64,000 nucleotides of DNA from Desulfobacterales bacterium (lineage in GTDB: Bacteria; Desulfobacterota; Desulfobacteria; Desulfobacterales; SURF-7): NCBI GenBank assembly GCA_028277765.1, contig JANQFQ010000126.1, forward strand, positions 30,165 through 94,164, given 5' to 3'. A model generated the notes under the pieces. That model did no database searches. It saw nothing but the letters and a program-made list of their open reading frames with translations, and was not told the DNA's origin. Below, piece by piece: positions 10,877-20,005 of this stretch. Made by a program: the position numbers and the translations under genes. How positions within the stretch are numbered: position 1 is the first letter of the stretch; the number at the start of each line of letters is the position of its first letter.

Positions 10877-10960
10877 AGTGATGTTTTCCCTACAATTGCA
10901 ACAATAGGGATTTATGACATGAAATTTTTCAAAAGTACAGATTTATTGAAAGGTATATGG

Positions 10961-11701
10961 TTAATTCTTTTTAATGATAATGATGGTTGTATTGTCCAGG
11001 TAGTTGTAGCGTCTTGCTTTTTTATAAAGGGCTTCCATTAGAAGGTCACAAGTACGTTCTGAATCGTTAGCGGATTTTGAAATTTTCCGAACTGATTCGT
11101 TTTTCATATAACCCCACAAACCGTCTGACGCGGCGACAAGTACGTAATTGTCAGGAAGCGTATAGGTTTTAATTTCAGGATCATCTGTAACACCGATCTC
11201 TTTCATGTCAAGATTGCCGAGGGATCTGGTAAGGTTAATGCCTCTGTCACCCTTAAAAACATACTGGCTCTTAATTGTGGCTCCGTGTTTTTTCAGCCTT
11301 GCAAGTTCATCTTTATTTGAAGTTTGGTGATCAGTTGTTAGCTGGAATTTTTTTTCGCCATTTATAAAAAGCATCCTGCTGTCCCCCACATTTGCCACAG
11401 CAAGGGTTCGGTCCTTGATAAAAAAAGTAAGGGCAGTGCTTCCGATCATGTCATAACCACCTGCTTCAGATGCTTCTTTATACGATTTTTTAAAAGCATC
11501 TTTAAAAGTGATCCCTTTTTTTATCATTTCAATAAACCGTTTGGGAATAATTTTAGTAGCGTTTTCAGCAACCGATACACCGCCATGACCGTCAAAAACA
11601 CCCCCAAGGATGAAGCTGTTGTCTTTGCCGATATACAGAAAATGACGGTCCTGCATATCATTTCTGCTTCCAGTTTCAGTTATGACAAAAGTGTCAAACA
11701 A
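10961..11701 (-). CDS. PP2C-family protein phosphatase
   Basis: RNDMQD, GVFDGHGG, ANVGDSR, TRSLG, ASDGLW, DNTT motifs; TTG start with AGGAG RBS. Confidence 0.85.
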   Translation of the reverse strand: MFDTFVITETGSRNDMQDRHFLYIGKDNSFILGGVFDGHGGVSVAENATKIIPKRFIEMIKKGITFKDAFKKSYKEASEAGGYDMIGSTALTFFIKDRTLAVANVGDSRMLFINGEKKFQLTTDHQTSNKDELARLKKHGATIKSQYVFKGDRGINLTRSLGNLDMKEIGVTDDPEIKTYTLPDNYVLVAASDGLWGYMKNESVRKISKSANDSERTCDLLMEALYKKARRYNYLDNTTIIIIKKN

Positions 11702-11771
11702 TACATGCTCCTGACATCATCAATAGGTATAAAAAATATATATTACTGCACTATATATAACATTTGACAGC

Positions 11772-12758
11772 TTAATTATATTCTTTTTTTTCCCTGCTAA
11801 GCCATTCAATAATTAGTACCATAATAAAACCCGTTATGACAAGAATTAATGCAATAAATACTTCAGAATTAAATTCATCCGGGATAATATTTCTAGTGGT
11901 CAACACATGTTCTTTACCCCTGATGATAATAGAATCGATTGGCTCTTTCCATGGCCATATTTTTTTCATGGCACCCGCCATCAGGCCGGTGAGAAATGCA
12001 AGTGTTATATTATGCCATCGGTCAAGAAGATAGTTTAGAATTCTTGAAAACAGAAGGAGTCCGCATAGGCATCCTATGCAAAAAACTATAATTATCAAAA
12101 TGTTCAAAGGTATAAAAGGATTTTTTAGTGTCCCGGTTATAAATTCGTATTTTCCGAGTATCAGCAGGATATACGCGCCGCTCAAGCCAGGAAGAATCAT
12201 TGCGCATATGGCGATAAATCCTGAAATGAATATAAACCATATGGTTTCAGGTGTTGATACAGGTATCTGCCCGACAATCACATAGGCGGTAATTGTTCCC
12301 ACACAAAAAGATAGAATCGGCATACCGGAAAACCAGTTTTTTACTTTATTCCCCACAACAAATATGGATGCTGCTATAAGTCCAAAAAAGAAGCTCCATG
12401 TATAAACTGGCTGATGATGGATCAGATAGTTCATCAATCTTGCCAGACTGAGTATTGCTGTTCCGATTCCGATAAACAGAAAAAAAAGAAAACGTATATG
12501 AAGCATTGACATTGCGCCTTTAAAGTCAAGCAGGGCCAGTTTTTTCAGCATATTGGTGTTGGCTGATCTTATCGCTTTAAGGAGGTCATGGTATATGCCT
12601 GTAATAAGAGCAATGGTTCCACCTGAAACACCTGGTATAATATCTGCTGATCCCATACAGAGTCCTTTTAATGTAAGAACGGCGGCTTCTTTTACATTGT
12701 CTGGACCAGGACTAGACATAAAGGCTTGTTTCCAGGTCATTCTTTTTTCTATATTCAT
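11772..12758 (-). CDS. DUF368 membrane protein (undecaprenyl-phosphate translocase PopT-like)
   Basis: Two GxADxxPGxSGG-type motifs (MGSADIIPGVSGGT; AMILPGLSGAY), polytopic, KIWPW. Confidence 0.85.
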   Translation of the reverse strand: MNIEKRMTWKQAFMSSPGPDNVKEAAVLTLKGLCMGSADIIPGVSGGTIALITGIYHDLLKAIRSANTNMLKKLALLDFKGAMSMLHIRFLFFLFIGIGTAILSLARLMNYLIHHQPVYTWSFFFGLIAASIFVVGNKVKNWFSGMPILSFCVGTITAYVIVGQIPVSTPETIWFIFISGFIAICAMILPGLSGAYILLILGKYEFITGTLKNPFIPLNILIIIVFCIGCLCGLLLFSRILNYLLDRWHNITLAFLTGLMAGAMKKIWPWKEPIDSIIIRGKEHVLTTRNIIPDEFNSEVFIALILVITGFIMVLIIEWLSREKKEYN

Positions 12759-12904
12759 GATTGGCTATTGCTCATATCGATTATTATATTAATAAGTTAA
12801 AAAAACAGACATTTATTTCGTTCAAAATTTGCCTGTCATCATAAATTAAACTTTTACTATAAACAAAGGTTTCTATAAATTCAATATGAAAAAGTCGGAT
12901 CTGG

Positions 12905-13123
12905 CTATTGATTACCAAGGCCGTTCTGTTTTCCGCAGTCTGGACATTGCCAGGTAATGGCATTACATGTCATGCCCCAGGCGTTTTCATGAAGGCAGCT
13001 CTGACACATTACAAAACCGCATCTGCACATCCAGTAAAACGGAAACTTTTGTCGGCAGCAGTGGCATCCTTCTTTCTTCGCCTTTTTACGGAGGTTCCGA
13101 TATGACGGTATCTTGACTTTCAT
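12905..13123 (-). CDS. Small Cys-rich putative zinc-binding protein
   Basis: 72 aa with 10 Cys (CHCC, CRC, CQSC, CPDC); GGGGA upstream; co-oriented with neighbours. Confidence 0.6.
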   Translation of the reverse strand: MKVKIPSYRNLRKKAKKEGCHCCRQKFPFYWMCRCGFVMCQSCLHENAWGMTCNAITWQCPDCGKQNGLGNQ

Positions 13124-13171
13124 TTTAAAAATTATCCCCGTGGTATTGAACAGATTGGCTGAGAATTAACC

Positions 13172-14125
13172 TTAATCACCGGGGAACACATAACCTTCAA
13201 TCCTCACAAAGTCGTATCCTGCGGATATTGCATCCTTTTCTCCTTGTGAAGAAGACGTTGTAAAATTGTCGGACTTTTTAGAATTCCAGAAAAGTTTAAG
13301 TGGTACTGTGCCGGGTATCAATTTTGGATACACATATCCCTCAATTCTAATAAACATATATCCAGCAGCGATGGCGTCCTTTTCTCCATGGGATGTTGCT
13401 GTTGAAAAATTATCTTTTTTGTCAGTATTCCAGAAGAGCTTAAGCGGCACGGTTCCGGGTTTCTGCTGGGGATAGATATTGCCTTCAGTCCGTACGAACC
13501 TGTATCCTGATGCTATTGCGTCACTTTCCCCTTCAATGGTCGCTGTCGTAAAATTATCCTTCCCAGAAGAACGCCAGAAAAGCTTCAAGGGAACCTTGTC
13601 TGGCTGGGCCATGGGCCGGATATAACCTTCAATCCTTGTAAACCGGTATCCCGCAGCAATGGCATCACGTTCACCGCGCGGTGTTGCTGTGGTAAAAAAG
13701 TCTTTTTTTTCTTCATTATAATAAAGTTTTAATGGAATTGTACCTGGCTGCAGCCTCGGATACACATATCCTTCTATACCGATTAATTTGTATCCGCTGT
13801 TTTTCGCGAAATGATTTCCCCTAGATGAGGAAAGCGTATAATAATCGTCCTTTTTTTTGTTCCGAAAAAGCTTTAAAGGTACAGTGTCATGTTGCTGCTC
13901 AGCATAAATATACCCTTCAATTCTTACAAAATCATACCCCGCGGCCCCAGCTTTTTTTTCACCTTTCATAGTGGCAGTTGTAAAATTATCTCCCCGTTTG
14001 TGATTCCAATAGAGTTTTAAAGGGATCAGTTCGTCTGCAATTGCATAAGGGGCAAGGCAGATGGTATTTAACATTACCAGAGCCATAAGAAAAAACAGAT
14101 TTTTTGTAAATCTAAGATGCAGCAT
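13172..14125 (-). CDS. Secreted protein with six ~48-aa tandem repeats (DUF5648-like)
   Basis: N-terminal signal peptide; six copies of (V/I)PLKL(F/Y)xxxxxxDxFTTATxxGExDAIxxGYxFxRIEGY(V/I)(Y/F)P. Confidence 0.75.
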   Translation of the reverse strand: MLHLRFTKNLFFLMALVMLNTICLAPYAIADELIPLKLYWNHKRGDNFTTATMKGEKKAGAAGYDFVRIEGYIYAEQQHDTVPLKLFRNKKKDDYYTLSSSRGNHFAKNSGYKLIGIEGYVYPRLQPGTIPLKLYYNEEKKDFFTTATPRGERDAIAAGYRFTRIEGYIRPMAQPDKVPLKLFWRSSGKDNFTTATIEGESDAIASGYRFVRTEGNIYPQQKPGTVPLKLFWNTDKKDNFSTATSHGEKDAIAAGYMFIRIEGYVYPKLIPGTVPLKLFWNSKKSDNFTTSSSQGEKDAISAGYDFVRIEGYVFPGD

Positions 14126-14211
14126 AATGATTACATATCACAATAATGCTGAATATCAATGGTATCGATGGAATTTGTTTTTTATAAACAAATATGAACC
14201 GTAAAATTCGC

Positions 14212-14239
14212 TTGATAATCTATTATGATCTGTTATCAT
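14212..14239 (+). promoter_or_regulatory. Possible sigma70 promoter of polA
   Basis: TTGATA, 16 bp spacer, TATCAT with TG extended -10. Confidence 0.35.
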
Positions 14240-14281
14240 TTGCAAACTTTAGGATTAACTTACAGAATTTGAGGCAACTTA

Positions 14282-16966
14282 TTGAAATCAAAGAATAAAA
14301 AAACGTTATACCTGGTTGATGGAAGTGCCTATATTTACAGGGCTTTTCATGCCATCAGGGGGCTTAAAACATCCTCAGGAAGACCGACCAATGCTGTATT
14401 TGGATTTACAAAGATGCTCATCAAACTGATGGAAGACAAGACTCCTGAATATGTGGCCATGTTTTTCGACGCAAAAGGGCCAACCTTTAGACATGATATG
14501 TACAGCGAATACAAAGCCAACAGGCCGCCCATGCCAGATGACCTTGTGCATCAGCTCCCTTATATTAAAGATGTCACAAAAGGATTCAATATACCGGTAT
14601 TTGAAATGACTGGTTTTGAAGCCGACGATCTAATCGGCACCTTAGCCAGAAAAGCTGAGGAAAAGGGCTTTTTAACCGTCATGGTCACAGGGGATAAGGA
14701 TTTTTTTCAACTGGTAACCGAACAATCGATTATCTGGGATCCGATGAAGGACAAGACAACTGATTATGATACAGTAAAAGAGACATTCGGTGTTGACCCG
14801 TGCCAGATGATTGATGTCATGGGGCTTTCAGGTGATACAGCGGATAATGTGCCAGGCGTACCTGGAATAGGGCAGAAGACAGCACTCGGCCTTATAAAAG
14901 AATTTCAAAACATGGACACCCTGTATGATCAGGTAGAAACAATTACAAAGAAAAAGCAGAAAGAGAATCTTATCAGTTTTAAAGACCAGGCTTTTTTAAG
15001 CAGGCAGCTTGTTACCATCACCACTGATGCACCTATAGCGTTTGAACCTGAAAAATTCATAGTAAAAGAACCTGATAATGAGAAACTTGAAAAACTGTAC
15101 AAAGAGCTTGAATTTAGACAGCTGCGGCAGGATGCCGTTCAAAAAGCTGATTTGTCTAAAAAGAAATATACTGCTATTCTTGATGAAAAGTCACTGAATG
15201 ACCTCATCGCTCAGCTTGAAGAAGCGGAGACGTTTGCCATTGATACGGAGACCACGTCATTAGACCCAATGGCAGCAAATCTGGTGGGCCTTTCATTTTC
15301 AACTCAAATTGATGAGGCCTTTTATATACCGATTGCGCATGATTATACTGAAGCACCGACACAGCTCGCTCTGGAACAGGTTCTAGCCAGTTTAAAGCCT
15401 GTTCTTGAAAATCCATCTATTGAAAAAACAGGGCAGAATATAAAATATGACTGGATCATTCTCAGCCGGAACGGAATCGATCTTAAAGGGGTTTGTTTTG
15501 ATACCATGCTCGCATCATATCTTTTAAATGCTTCAAAACGGGTTCACAGCCTTGACCAGATCGCCCTGGATTACCTTGACCATAAAACCATTTCCTATGA
15601 AGATGTGGCCGGGAAAGGGAAAAAAGCTGTTGGTTTTAATAAAGTCCCTTTGGAAAAGGGAGTCCCATACGCGTGTGAGGACGCGGACATTACCCTGATG
15701 GCACAACATGTCTTGAAACCGAAACTTGAGGATGCTGGCCTTATTGATCTTTTTGAAACAATTGAATTGCCTCTGGTGCAGGTTTTAAAACAGATGGAAA
15801 TGAACGGTATATATACTGACAAAGAGAAACTACGCTCCCTTTCCCAATCGTTTGGAAAACAGCTGGAAGAAATTGAAGCAGACATATATTTACAAGCAGG
15901 AGAGGCGTTTAACATCAAGTCTTCACAGCAGCTCGGCCATATACTGTTTGATAAACTTGAACTCCCTGTTCAGAAAAAAACAAAAAAGACAAAAGGGTAC
16001 TCAACAGATGTCAATGTGTTGACGACCCTGTCCGAGATGCATGAACTCCCTAAATTGATTCTAAACCACAGAACCCTTGCCAAGCTTAAATCAACTTATA
16101 CAGACGCGCTATTTGAGCTTATCAATCCTGAAACCAGCAGGATACATACATCTTTTAATCAGACGATAACCGCCACTGGGAGGCTTAGCAGTTCAGATCC
16201 GAACCTTCAGAATATACCCGTGCGTACCGAAGAAGGGAGGGAAATCAGAAAAGCATTTATCCCCCGGGACGGCTGGCATATGCTTTCCGCTGATTATTCT
16301 CAGATCGAACTAAGGGTTCTAGCCCACTATTCAAATGACAGCATACTGATTAAAGCGTTTAAGGATGATGAAGATATTCATACTCGTACTGCTGAAGAGG
16401 TTTTTCAAGTACTTCCTACATTTCTTACAAAGGATCTTAGGGATCAGGCAAAGGTCATCAATTTTGGCATTATATACGGCATGAGCCCTTTTGGCCTTTC
16501 CAGGGAGCTTGGCATTTCTCAGAAAATGGCAAAAAACTACATTGACAGCTATTTTAATCGACACAAAGGCGTAAAACAATTTATCGACAGCACAATTGAA
16601 GAGGCCCGTAAAACAGGAAACACGACAACTCTGTTTAAGAGAATCCGTTCGCTTCCGGATATAAACAGCTCAAATAGAAACACCCGCCAATTCGCCGAGA
16701 GAACAGCCGTCAACACACCTATCCAGGGGACTGCGGCAGACCTTATCAAGCTTGCCATGATAAATGTGGACAATGCTCTGAATAAAAACGAATTACAATC
16801 CAGAATGCTTCTTTCAGTGCATGATGAACTAATTTTTGAGGTTCCGCCTGAGGAGATTGAAACAGTAAAAAAGCTTGTTCAAGAAATCATGGAAGGTGTC
16901 TGGCCCTTGAAAGTACCGCTGAAGGTAAACATGGGTGTAGGGGATAACTGGGCGGAAGCGCATTAA
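14282..16966 (+). CDS. polA: DNA polymerase I
   Basis: 5'-3' exonuclease (LVDGS..YRAFHA), 3'-5' exonuclease (IDTETT), polymerase motifs ADYSQIELR, KVINFGIIYG, VHDEL; TTG start. Confidence 0.98.
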   Translation: MKSKNKKTLYLVDGSAYIYRAFHAIRGLKTSSGRPTNAVFGFTKMLIKLMEDKTPEYVAMFFDAKGPTFRHDMYSEYKANRPPMPDDLVHQLPYIKDVTKGFNIPVFEMTGFEADDLIGTLARKAEEKGFLTVMVTGDKDFFQLVTEQSIIWDPMKDKTTDYDTVKETFGVDPCQMIDVMGLSGDTADNVPGVPGIGQKTALGLIKEFQNMDTLYDQVETITKKKQKENLISFKDQAFLSRQLVTITTDAPIAFEPEKFIVKEPDNEKLEKLYKELEFRQLRQDAVQKADLSKKKYTAILDEKSLNDLIAQLEEAETFAIDTETTSLDPMAANLVGLSFSTQIDEAFYIPIAHDYTEAPTQLALEQVLASLKPVLENPSIEKTGQNIKYDWIILSRNGIDLKGVCFDTMLASYLLNASKRVHSLDQIALDYLDHKTISYEDVAGKGKKAVGFNKVPLEKGVPYACEDADITLMAQHVLKPKLEDAGLIDLFETIELPLVQVLKQMEMNGIYTDKEKLRSLSQSFGKQLEEIEADIYLQAGEAFNIKSSQQLGHILFDKLELPVQKKTKKTKGYSTDVNVLTTLSEMHELPKLILNHRTLAKLKSTYTDALFELINPETSRIHTSFNQTITATGRLSSSDPNLQNIPVRTEEGREIRKAFIPRDGWHMLSADYSQIELRVLAHYSNDSILIKAFKDDEDIHTRTAEEVFQVLPTFLTKDLRDQAKVINFGIIYGMSPFGLSRELGISQKMAKNYIDSYFNRHKGVKQFIDSTIEEARKTGNTTTLFKRIRSLPDINSSNRNTRQFAERTAVNTPIQGTAADLIKLAMINVDNALNKNELQSRMLLSVHDELIFEVPPEEIETVKKLVQEIMEGVWPLKVPLKVNMGVGDNWAEAH

Positions 16967-16981
16967 GGCAGGATATGAGAC

Positions 16982-17258
16982 AAATCCGAAATCCGAATAT
17001 CGAAATCCGAAACAAATTCGAATGTTCGAAATTCAAATGTTCAAAACTCTTTAGGATACTGAATGAAAAAAATGTGAAATTACAACGACGCGAAAGGGTT
17101 TTTGCTTGAAGGACCGAGCCAGCGAAGGAGAATGAAGAAAAGTGAGATAATGATGTGTCGGAGTGTCGGTGATGCTATCATATAGTGTGTTGAGTTTTAA
17201 TATTTGAAAATTTAGATTTTGGATTTGTTTCGGATTTCGATATTCGGATTTCGGATTT
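16982..17258. repeat. Long inverted repeat built of AAATCCG-type heptamers (MITE/REP-like)
   Basis: Perfect 36-bp inverted repeat 16982-17017 / 17223-17258, imperfectly extending to ~67 bp arms, with ~140 bp non-coding interior. Confidence 0.85.
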
Positions 17259-17308
17259 TACACCACAACCTTGAGGCTATGATGTTTACAGGAATAGAAG
17301 GTAGGAAG

Positions 17309-17503
17309 TTAATCTTTTTCTTCAGACTCTACATCATCTTTCTTCTCAGGTGCGTCAGTATTTCCCTTAACGGAATCATGAACAGTATTATAAATTTCCC
17401 TGAACAGGTCATGGCAGCTTGATGGAGAAACCCTGCCCACTTCAATAAATTTTACTAAAATCTCTTTTGCGGTCCTTAAAATCTGTTCATCAACAGAAGC
17501 CAT
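17309..17503 (-). CDS. Conserved small helical protein (deltaproteobacterial; resembles Ros/MucR N-terminal region)
   Basis: AKEILVKFIEVGRVSP motif; AGAGGA RBS; acidic tail. Confidence 0.7.
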   Translation of the reverse strand: MASVDEQILRTAKEILVKFIEVGRVSPSSCHDLFREIYNTVHDSVKGNTDAPEKKDDVESEEKD

Positions 17504-17590
17504 ATAGTATCCTCTTCTTAATATTCATAATAATTTTCATCTGTTAACAAATATTTTATTTTGTGTCAAGATGCTTTCACAACTCAAGGT

Positions 17591-17619
17591 TTGACATGTG
17601 GCGTTTATTTATTTATTAA
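17591..17619 (+). promoter_or_regulatory. Putative sigma70 promoter of queF
   Basis: TTGACA, 17 bp spacer, TATTAA. Confidence 0.5.
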
Positions 17620-17653
17620 ACACACCTATACAGGTTCATGAGGGAAGATAATT

Positions 17654-18070
17654 ATGAAAAAAGATAGAAACAGTAAGAATGTACCGTATGAAATTGAAAA
17701 TCCTGACAATGTTACTACTGGTATACTTGAAGTTTTGGAATATCAGTATCATTCTAAACGGGGGATTGATATTACCATCAGTCAGCCTGAATTCACATCC
17801 GTCTGTCCGATGACAGGACTTCCTGATTTTGGATGCATTACCATCAAGTACAGGCCGGGCAGAAAAATTGTTGAATTAAAATCGTTAAAATTCTATCTGC
17901 TTCAATACAGGAGTGTGGGCATATTTTATGAACATGCTGTAAACAGGATACTTGATGACTTGGTTTCTGCGCTCGATCCTGAATTTATGGAAGTTACAGG
18001 TGATTTTACTGCACGGGGAGCGATAACAACAAGCGTTACAGCTAAACACGGTGAAAGTAATGAAACATAA
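17654..18070 (+). CDS. queF: preQ0 reductase QueF (type I)
   Basis: PEFTSVCPMTGLPDF, VELKSLKFYL, FYEH, ARG motifs. Confidence 0.95.
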   Translation: MKKDRNSKNVPYEIENPDNVTTGILEVLEYQYHSKRGIDITISQPEFTSVCPMTGLPDFGCITIKYRPGRKIVELKSLKFYLLQYRSVGIFYEHAVNRILDDLVSALDPEFMEVTGDFTARGAITTSVTAKHGESNET

Positions 18071-19040
18071 TAAAATAACGGTCTTTTTTTTGTCGCACAT
18101 TTTCTTGGCGGTTTTTATGGCGTCCATCATAACCGCGCAGGGATGTTCGTATCCAAGAACTATAAAAACATGGTATGCTTCATTTTCTGGGGATAGAAAA
18201 GCAAGAGGAATCGCGATAATAGACAGTAATTTAAAAAGCATTATTACGATTCCGTATCTGGAGAATAAAACACTTTACAGCAGTGATAAATTAAAAAAAG
18301 TTTTTTTACCAAAGCTCGTAGCAGCCGTAAAAGAAGCAAATGAAAACATTATTGTTGTGAACCCTGAGAAGGTTGGGCTAAATGTTCAGGCGGAAAAAGT
18401 AGAAGGCACCGATCAGCTTGACAATTTTGTACTCGCTCAAAAGGGTCGGTCGGCAGGCATTAGCACAATTATAACATGCACGTTTACATCGATAACCAGT
18501 GATAAAAAGAAAAAAGGGATATGGGGTTTCAGGAAGTATAAGGACATTGTTCACATGCATATGCTTCTGAATATTTATGACACGGAAACAGGTTCGAAGA
18601 TACTTGAAGAAACCGTTACTGGATCGGTTTTTATCGATGAAGCAGATCTGGCTATGCTTTATAATGGAAATACTGCTAATGCAGCAATACTTGACAGCGC
18701 GGTTGACGATATTGCCAAGACCGCAGGTATAAAGATCAGTACTGTTGTGTCTCTACAGCCCTGGAAAGGATATATAAAATCAATCTCAGGAGAGAGAGTG
18801 ACTCTTAATGCTGGAAGCATTTCAGGCCTGAAAACAGGGGATATCCTTTACGCGTACGACAGCGGAAATATTATTGAGGGGAAAGAGAAGCATAAATTTT
18901 ATCTGCCCGGCGGCCGGGTCACGTGTAAGATGGAAATTCAATCAGTCACCCCGGAAACGTCACAGGCTGTAATTATTTCAGGGGAAAGGTGCAGTAAGGA
19001 TAGTTGTGTTATCTTTCCAAATGAAGACCAGGAAGAGTAA
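18051..19040 (+). CDS. Putative lipoprotein, CsgG/FlgT-like
   Basis: Hydrophobic N-terminus with TAQGC lipobox-like site; C-terminal PWKGYI...VTLNAGS..GLKTGD resembles FlgT C-domain; start may be ATG 18060. Confidence 0.55.
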   Translation: MKVMKHNKITVFFLSHIFLAVFMASIITAQGCSYPRTIKTWYASFSGDRKARGIAIIDSNLKSIITIPYLENKTLYSSDKLKKVFLPKLVAAVKEANENIIVVNPEKVGLNVQAEKVEGTDQLDNFVLAQKGRSAGISTIITCTFTSITSDKKKKGIWGFRKYKDIVHMHMLLNIYDTETGSKILEETVTGSVFIDEADLAMLYNGNTANAAILDSAVDDIAKTAGIKISTVVSLQPWKGYIKSISGERVTLNAGSISGLKTGDILYAYDSGNIIEGKEKHKFYLPGGRVTCKMEIQSVTPETSQAVIISGERCSKDSCVIFPNEDQEE

Positions 19041-19042
19041 AA

Positions 19043-20005
19043 TTAAAAAATCTTTTTCTTATAATCATATATTAACTTTTTTGCTGTTTCTTCATCTGTA
19101 ATCTGTTTTATCGCTTCCCTGAAATGGCTACAACCGGGCAATCCTTTGACAAACCATCCAAGACGGCTCCGCATCATTTTACACGCGAGTTCTTCACCTA
19201 AGTATTTAACTGAATCTTCAAGATATCTCACCATCAAATCAAACCTTCGTGCCAGGTCAGGTTCAGGGACCGGTCTTCCATCTAAAAGCGCATTAATATC
19301 AGAAAAAATTGTTGGATTGCTGATTGCCGCTCTTCCTATCATAACTGCGTCGCACCCTGTTTCTCCTATCATTTTCAATGCATCCGCTGGTTCATTGATA
19401 TCACCGTTACCGATCACTGGTATGGAGACATGATTTTTAACCGCTTTAATGATGTTCCAGTCCGCTTTTCCGCTAAATCCCTGAACAGCAGTACGAGGAT
19501 GGACAGTTATTGCGTCAACACCGCAGGCTTCAGCGATGTTTGATATGTCAAGGGCCTGGTAGCCTGAATTGTCCCAGCCGGTTCTGATTTTTATGGTGAG
19601 GGGTATCTGTATGCTTTTACGTATAGACAAGAGAAGGGCTTCTGTTTTCTTATTATCTTTCATGAGAGCCGCTCCTGAACCCGTTTTAACAATTTTTCGC
19701 ACAGAACAGCCGAAATTGATATCAATAATATCAGCCCCTGAATTTTCTATAATTACAGCTGCTTCAGACATTATTGACGGATCATTTCCAAAGATTTGAA
19801 CTGAAAGCGGTTTCTCGGTTAGATCGCTTTCAAGCATTCTTTCCGTTCTTGCAGATTTATGGACAAGGCCGTTCGAACTGATCATTTCTGAACAGACAAG
19901 TGAGCACCCTTCTTCTTTGACAATGAGCCGGAAAGGAAGGTTTGTTATCCCTGCAAGGGGTGCCATTATTGTTTTGCCTTCTAGTATAATATTTCCGATT
20001 TTCAT
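19043..20005 (-). CDS. dusB: tRNA-dihydrouridine synthase DusB
   Basis: MAPLAG, DINFGC, KIRTGW, HPRT, GNGDI, MIGRA. Confidence 0.92.
   Translation of the reverse strand: MKIGNIILEGKTIMAPLAGITNLPFRLIVKEEGCSLVCSEMISSNGLVHKSARTERMLESDLTEKPLSVQIFGNDPSIMSEAAVIIENSGADIIDINFGCSVRKIVKTGSGAALMKDNKKTEALLLSIRKSIQIPLTIKIRTGWDNSGYQALDISNIAEACGVDAITVHPRTAVQGFSGKADWNIIKAVKNHVSIPVIGNGDINEPADALKMIGETGCDAVMIGRAAISNPTIFSDINALLDGRPVPEPDLARRFDLMVRYLEDSVKYLGEELACKMMRSRLGWFVKGLPGCSHFREAIKQITDEETAKKLIYDYKKKIF

Noticed and set aside
4068..10907. Many short ORFs inside the PKS gene (and similar ones inside dxs, fusA, ileS)
   Set aside because: Antisense or out-of-frame shadows with no motifs or RBS
14212..14229. Fur-box-like GATAAT..ATTATG upstream of polA
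   Set aside because: Spacing does not fit the 7-1-7 pattern and the context is AT-rich
17219..17422. 67-aa plus-strand ORF
   Set aside because: Starts inside the heptamer inverted-repeat arm and is antisense to a better-supported gene
17620..17653. preQ1 riboswitch upstream of queF
   Set aside because: Leader is very short; no stem-loop plus A-rich tail typical of preQ1-I is visible
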